Virus record (IMG/VR): IMGVR_UViG_3300005077_000489
Location: 64,001 to 128,000 of that record
Source of the DNA: a virus
Taxonomy: Duplodnaviria > Caudoviricetes
DNA length: 64,000 nt
Direction: 5' to 3' (one strand)
A model generated the notes under the pieces. The model was given only the letters and a program-made list of their open reading frames with translations. It did no database searches and was not told the DNA's origin. Of this stretch, positions 60,195 through 64,000 are shown piece after piece. The translations under genes were made by a program, and so were the position numbers. How positions within the stretch are numbered: position 1 is the first letter of the stretch; each line of letters starts with the position of its first letter.

Positions 60195-63100
60195 ATGTTA
60201 TCCAACTTTTTGACAAACAGTGGAAATGTAACTAGTATATCAGGTAATGATGCCTATGCACCATACCCGTATTGGGATACTTATACATATCGTCAGTTAA
60301 ATAGCACTGAGATTGATTCTTTAAAAGATAATGATTATTTGTCAGGGGGTGTGACATTTTCTCCGAATCAGTATACTTGTTTGGAGATAACCACCCCCGA
60401 ACCTATTTATATAGGTAGTATTCGTTTATATGGTCCTAGTCAACTTACTAATATGGAAGTTGGTGTGGTCATACCACAATTATCTCATACCTTATCCCAT
60501 CAAAATTTAAATTTATTAACCGATTCAGAAAGAGAAAATCTACAAGGTGAAATAGTCTACTGGGACCAAATAGATGCAAACCGTGGTTATTTCGAAACTA
60601 CACAAATCCCTCTGGTTTCTGGTTCCCCGGTAACGTTAGTGTCTGCTAATTATGATATCCTGTATTCGGCTACACTTAGCGGAGAATTAAGCGGAGTTGC
60701 AGGCAAGACAGTTAAACAAATACTAAAAGGAAATGATGTCCCCGCTGAGTTTATAAGTGTTCATATGTCAGCAGGTAGTACAGATCTAACCTTGAGTGAT
60801 GTCACTATCAGTCCTATGAATACTGAAAATTATATTCATACTTTTACTAAAGAGAATACGCTGGATGATGATGTGCGGGATAGAATAAGGTATTGGGTGG
60901 CTGATACCGAGGGCGGAGAGTACGGGCATTTTGAGGGTAGGGACATCTGGCTGGACGTCGGCTCCGGTGTTATCGGGAAATGGGACCAGTATACCACGTG
61001 GTCGGGTAACTATTCCAGAGAACAGTTAGCGGGGTACAGCTATTATACTTTTAGGCAAGTAATACCTAATAAGTATCTAGCTAGTTTTGGTGATGGAATA
61101 AGAGTTACATTTAGCGGATGTAGTGATCGAGATATCTTATTAAATGGTGTCTCCTATATGCAGGCTTCGTCGAATACGGTAACTCTGGACTTCCAAAATA
61201 ATTCTTCTTTTTTACAATATAATATAAAAGGTATAATAGATAGATGGAAGAATGATGGCTTTGATATAAACACTCCTATAGAAACGCTTCAAGGAGCAAC
61301 TACCCCAACAAATATCGGAGACTATATAGACTCTCAGAGGTCTAAACAATATGGCCATTTCGAAGGTACAGAGATAGATGTAGACGATGATACAGAAGCA
61401 ATCATGTATGATGCAAATGTGATTGGTATAATGGCTCAAAACCATGGTTTAGTACCCGGAGATTATATAAGGATATATGGTACAGAATATTATGACGGTT
61501 ACTACCAAGTCCTAACTTATTCTACAGCACATATTGTCGTCATCTGGGGAATCTATGACCCTGAAACTTTTTATTCGTCCGCGAAGATAAGGAAAGTTAT
61601 TTCTCTTGGTCCCGAAATAGATTTCTATGGAAGAAAGCAGGATTGTAGAGATGTTTTACCTTCTGTTCAAATAAATATGGCGAATGGCTCAGAGGTATAT
61701 ATTACAAACTATTCTAGTTATGGGTTGGGTCATAGTTCCGTAGAACTTAGTGATATAATAGAGACCGGCGTAGTAACCTCTATCTATGATGTGGACGTGG
61801 ATTCCAGTGGTTGGCTTACATCTATGCCTGGTCCGGATAATAATCAAGAATGGCAGACCAGTATGCCTTATGCTTATCAAAAATATTTCAAAGCTCGCAA
61901 GAAATTTACTAAGTATAGCACGGCGTGGACAGACCCTAGTAGAGGTTATACAACGCAAGCAGCCGAGGCTTACGATTACTCTGGTAAAATATCTTTAATA
62001 ACAGAGGCGGATGACCCGGAGTTTGAGGGTGATTGGACTGGTTCTTGGGACGCCCGGTTCTTTGATAGGATAATGGCCCAACCTTGGTCTATCCTTATTG
62101 CCGACGGGTGCCCATTTCAGACTTTATGTTATAGGGGTCCTATGCCTGTCAAGTTTATCTTTGATTTACAAACCCCGAAAATATTAAATAAATATAGAAT
62201 GTGGATACAACTACTTCTCTGTCCTAAATCCATGGCAGACGGAATACCTGCTCCACTAATATCTAAACCAAAGAGTTGGAAAATACAAGGTTCAAATGTA
62301 AATAATAATGATGATATTTATTGGACTACTCTTCATGAGGTAACCGATTTTAATCCGGACGATTTTATGGATACTGCGTACCCTCCGGATAAAAGGGTCC
62401 CTCTGTCTTGTGCTAATAGTGAGTGGTTATATTTTAGAAATACCGAGTTGTATCGTTACTACAGGTTGTATGTGTATGAGGTTTGGATAAAAGCCCTTGT
62501 ATATGATAAAAATCCTTATGGCGTCATATATTCTTCGGGTGTGGAGACTACTCACATAGACGAACTGGATTTGTGTGAACGCCGTGCAGCCCCGGGTATC
62601 TTTCCTACCGTGGTTACTTCGGATTTATTTGCAGATACAATAGATAGTGTATTACCGCTTGAGCATTTAAGGGATAAATCCAAGATTTTTTATTGCTTGT
62701 CCTTTGATGATGGCGATGAATTTAAGATATATAATGGAGTGGATTGGATAACGACAGTAAGGAATAATGGTGGGACATGGCAATACTTGTATAATGACAT
62801 ATTCTATAATGCAGAAGATAATAATGTGCGGAGGGCACTCTGGCAAGCCTTCTCTATACCTGAAAATAGGATGGATTATAATTCGCTTAGTAGGATAAAC
62901 ACCGGTGCTTATACTCTAGCAACTCCTTCTGGTACATATCTACAGATAGGTATTGGTTTGCTGTCCGAGGGTGTCATTGAACCTATGCTGGAAGGTATAG
63001 AGATTACTGGTATAATCTATAATCCGGTGGGGCAAAGTGAGCCCTATGAACTTACTTTCAGCGGTGCCACCGGGATTAATATACCTGCCGGGGAAAAAGT

Positions 63101-64000
63101 AACCTCCGATTGGATTAATGCTGATGTCCTACCAACAAATGATATACTGATTGTTATGGATACCGATTCTTCTGCTAGTGGTATTTCACGTTTTACAGTA
63201 GACAGGAATCCAAAGTATTTTGAACGGCGAGATGCCGCTTCTTATGATTTACAAAATGTTTCTTCTTCATTGTACACGATGAAAGAGGGCGTAGTTTTAA
63301 TAGACTCTATAGAAGTAAGACAATCTTCTACTGTAATTATTCCTGCTGCGACCAACGATCTGTTAGAGAATTCTATGGTAAGTTTGTCCGGAACTGAATA
63401 TTATAATGGACTACACACTGCGGTAAATGTTGCTGCCGACACATTTGAAATAGTTTCGAAACATAATCCTGAGACAATTATTTCCGGGGCTGTAGTCCAT
63501 GAGAGACTGTCCATCGGTGCTAATCAACTCCAACCAGAGGTGCAGGTTGGTTCCTTAGTAGAGTTCTCTGAACCAGGAGGTTATTGGTCCACTGATTACC
63601 AGTCCACACAAATAAGTGGTTATTATACTGTAACAGAAAGTAATTGTGTGGTGGGGTATGAAGCCACACATTTATTTGACCCTAGTATAACTACCTGGTT
63701 TCATAGCGGGCAGACTATCGAGGATGGTCCTATACACATTGGACTGAACACCGTTGATTTTACGAGGCAGTATAATAAAATAAGATTACGCTCAGCATAT
63801 AATGAAGACTACTGGTTAAGAGAATTTCCTAGAGGAATAAGAATAAGTGCTTGTTCCTCTAGTTCTACTCCCACTTTGACTTCTGAGGTCGAGTGGACTT
63901 TATTAGTGTCAGGAACATGCTCATTACCTATTGGTGCCGGTAGGTTCAATGAATGGATACCTTTCACTAATTCTGGTGATTATAACTGGTATAGACTTTC
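60195..64000 (+). CDS. Large receptor-binding/tail fibre protein with discoidin (F5/8C)-like and E1-FCCH-like domains, 3'-truncated
   Basis: Not in the ORF track. I translated from ATG 60195 (MLSNFLTNSG) to the window end with no stop (>=1268 codons). Contains FIFDLQTPKILNKY..PKSWKIQGSN..WTTLHEV..YRYYRLYV..IDELDL (~62150-62580), a second similar unit from ~63660, and two NHGL/NDL..GTEYY(D/N)G repeats (~61440, ~63355). Confidence 0.85.
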   Translation, partial: MLSNFLTNSGNVTSISGNDAYAPYPYWDTYTYRQLNSTEIDSLKDNDYLSGGVTFSPNQYTCLEITTPEPIYIGSIRLYGPSQLTNMEVGVVIPQLSHTLSHQNLNLLTDSERENLQGEIVYWDQIDANRGYFETTQIPLVSGSPVTLVSANYDILYSATLSGELSGVAGKTVKQILKGNDVPAEFISVHMSAGSTDLTLSDVTISPMNTENYIHTFTKENTLDDDVRDRIRYWVADTEGGEYGHFEGRDIWLDVGSGVIGKWDQYTTWSGNYSREQLAGYSYYTFRQVIPNKYLASFGDGIRVTFSGCSDRDILLNGVSYMQASSNTVTLDFQNNSSFLQYNIKGIIDRWKNDGFDINTPIETLQGATTPTNIGDYIDSQRSKQYGHFEGTEIDVDDDTEAIMYDANVIGIMAQNHGLVPGDYIRIYGTEYYDGYYQVLTYSTAHIVVIWGIYDPETFYSSAKIRKVISLGPEIDFYGRKQDCRDVLPSVQINMANGSEVYITNYSSYGLGHSSVELSDIIETGVVTSIYDVDVDSSGWLTSMPGPDNNQEWQTSMPYAYQKYFKARKKFTKYSTAWTDPSRGYTTQAAEAYDYSGKISLITEADDPEFEGDWTGSWDARFFDRIMAQPWSILIADGCPFQTLCYRGPMPVKFIFDLQTPKILNKYRMWIQLLLCPKSMADGIPAPLISKPKSWKIQGSNVNNNDDIYWTTLHEVTDFNPDDFMDTAYPPDKRVPLSCANSEWLYFRNTELYRYYRLYVYEVWIKALVYDKNPYGVIYSSGVETTHIDELDLCERRAAPGIFPTVVTSDLFADTIDSVLPLEHLRDKSKIFYCLSFDDGDEFKIYNGVDWITTVRNNGGTWQYLYNDIFYNAEDNNVRRALWQAFSIPENRMDYNSLSRINTGAYTLATPSGTYLQIGIGLLSEGVIEPMLEGIEITGIIYNPVGQSEPYELTFSGATGINIPAGEKVTSDWINADVLPTNDILIVMDTDSSASGISRFTVDRNPKYFERRDAASYDLQNVSSSLYTMKEGVVLIDSIEVRQSSTVIIPAATNDLLENSMVSLSGTEYYNGLHTAVNVAADTFEIVSKHNPETIISGAVVHERLSIGANQLQPEVQVGSLVEFSEPGGYWSTDYQSTQISGYYTVTESNCVVGYEATHLFDPSITTWFHSGQTIEDGPIHIGLNTVDFTRQYNKIRLRSAYNEDYWLREFPRGIRISACSSSSTPTLTSEVEWTLLVSGTCSLPIGAGRFNEWIPFTNSGDYNWYRL

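Larger units (their letters stand above)
1..64000 (+). mobile_element. Segment of a large (jumbo-type) tailed phage/prophage genome: head-tail, tail and tail-tip module
   Basis: All long ORFs are on +, tightly packed or overlapping, in canonical neck - terminator - tube - chaperones - tape measure - hub/tip - fibre order. No housekeeping genes. Confidence 0.93.

Noticed and set aside
978-61998. Numerous short minus-strand ORFs and a few short off-frame plus-strand ORFs in the track
   Set aside because: All are nested in or antisense to long, motif-bearing + strand genes, have no recognisable motifs and look like shadow ORFs.
1-64000. CRISPR array, tRNA or rRNA genes
   Set aside because: No regularly spaced DNA repeats or cloverleaf/rRNA signatures seen; intergenic space is minimal.

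Overview
The window is one uninterrupted + strand block of a large tailed phage or prophage virion-morphogenesis region, with standard genetic code and strong AGGAGG ribosome-binding sites. Gene order: truncated response regulator, hybrid sensor histidine kinase, neck/head-tail proteins, tail terminator, major tail tube protein with an internal duplication, a small IS200/IS605-end-like structured element, degenerate sulfotransferase, two tail-assembly-chaperone-like genes, a 40.85-kb ORF (13,616 aa), Cys-rich hub/tail-tip genes interrupted by a free-standing LAGLIDADG endonuclease, and a >1,268-aa receptor-binding/fibre gene that runs off the end and is missing from the ORF track. The main finding is the giant ORF. 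It is a tape measure protein (TMP-like N-terminus, TP901-type core at aa ~5467-5760) with ~5,400 aa of enzymatic cargo inserted ahead of the core. The cargo contains a single-chain two-barrel RNA polymerase (beta-like ED, K-x7-K and PVD...SRM motifs, then beta'-like NRQP and DYDGD), an Rnl2-like ligase, a LigD-type 3'-phosphoesterase, two HExxH zincin peptidases, an intact RNase HI and a GNAT. The cargo domains are separated by a recurrent F/Y-S-P motif that may mark processing sites. My inference is that this TMP doubles as an injected transcription, nucleic-acid-repair and anti-defence polyprotein. All domain calls come from motif recognition by eye; no database searches were run.
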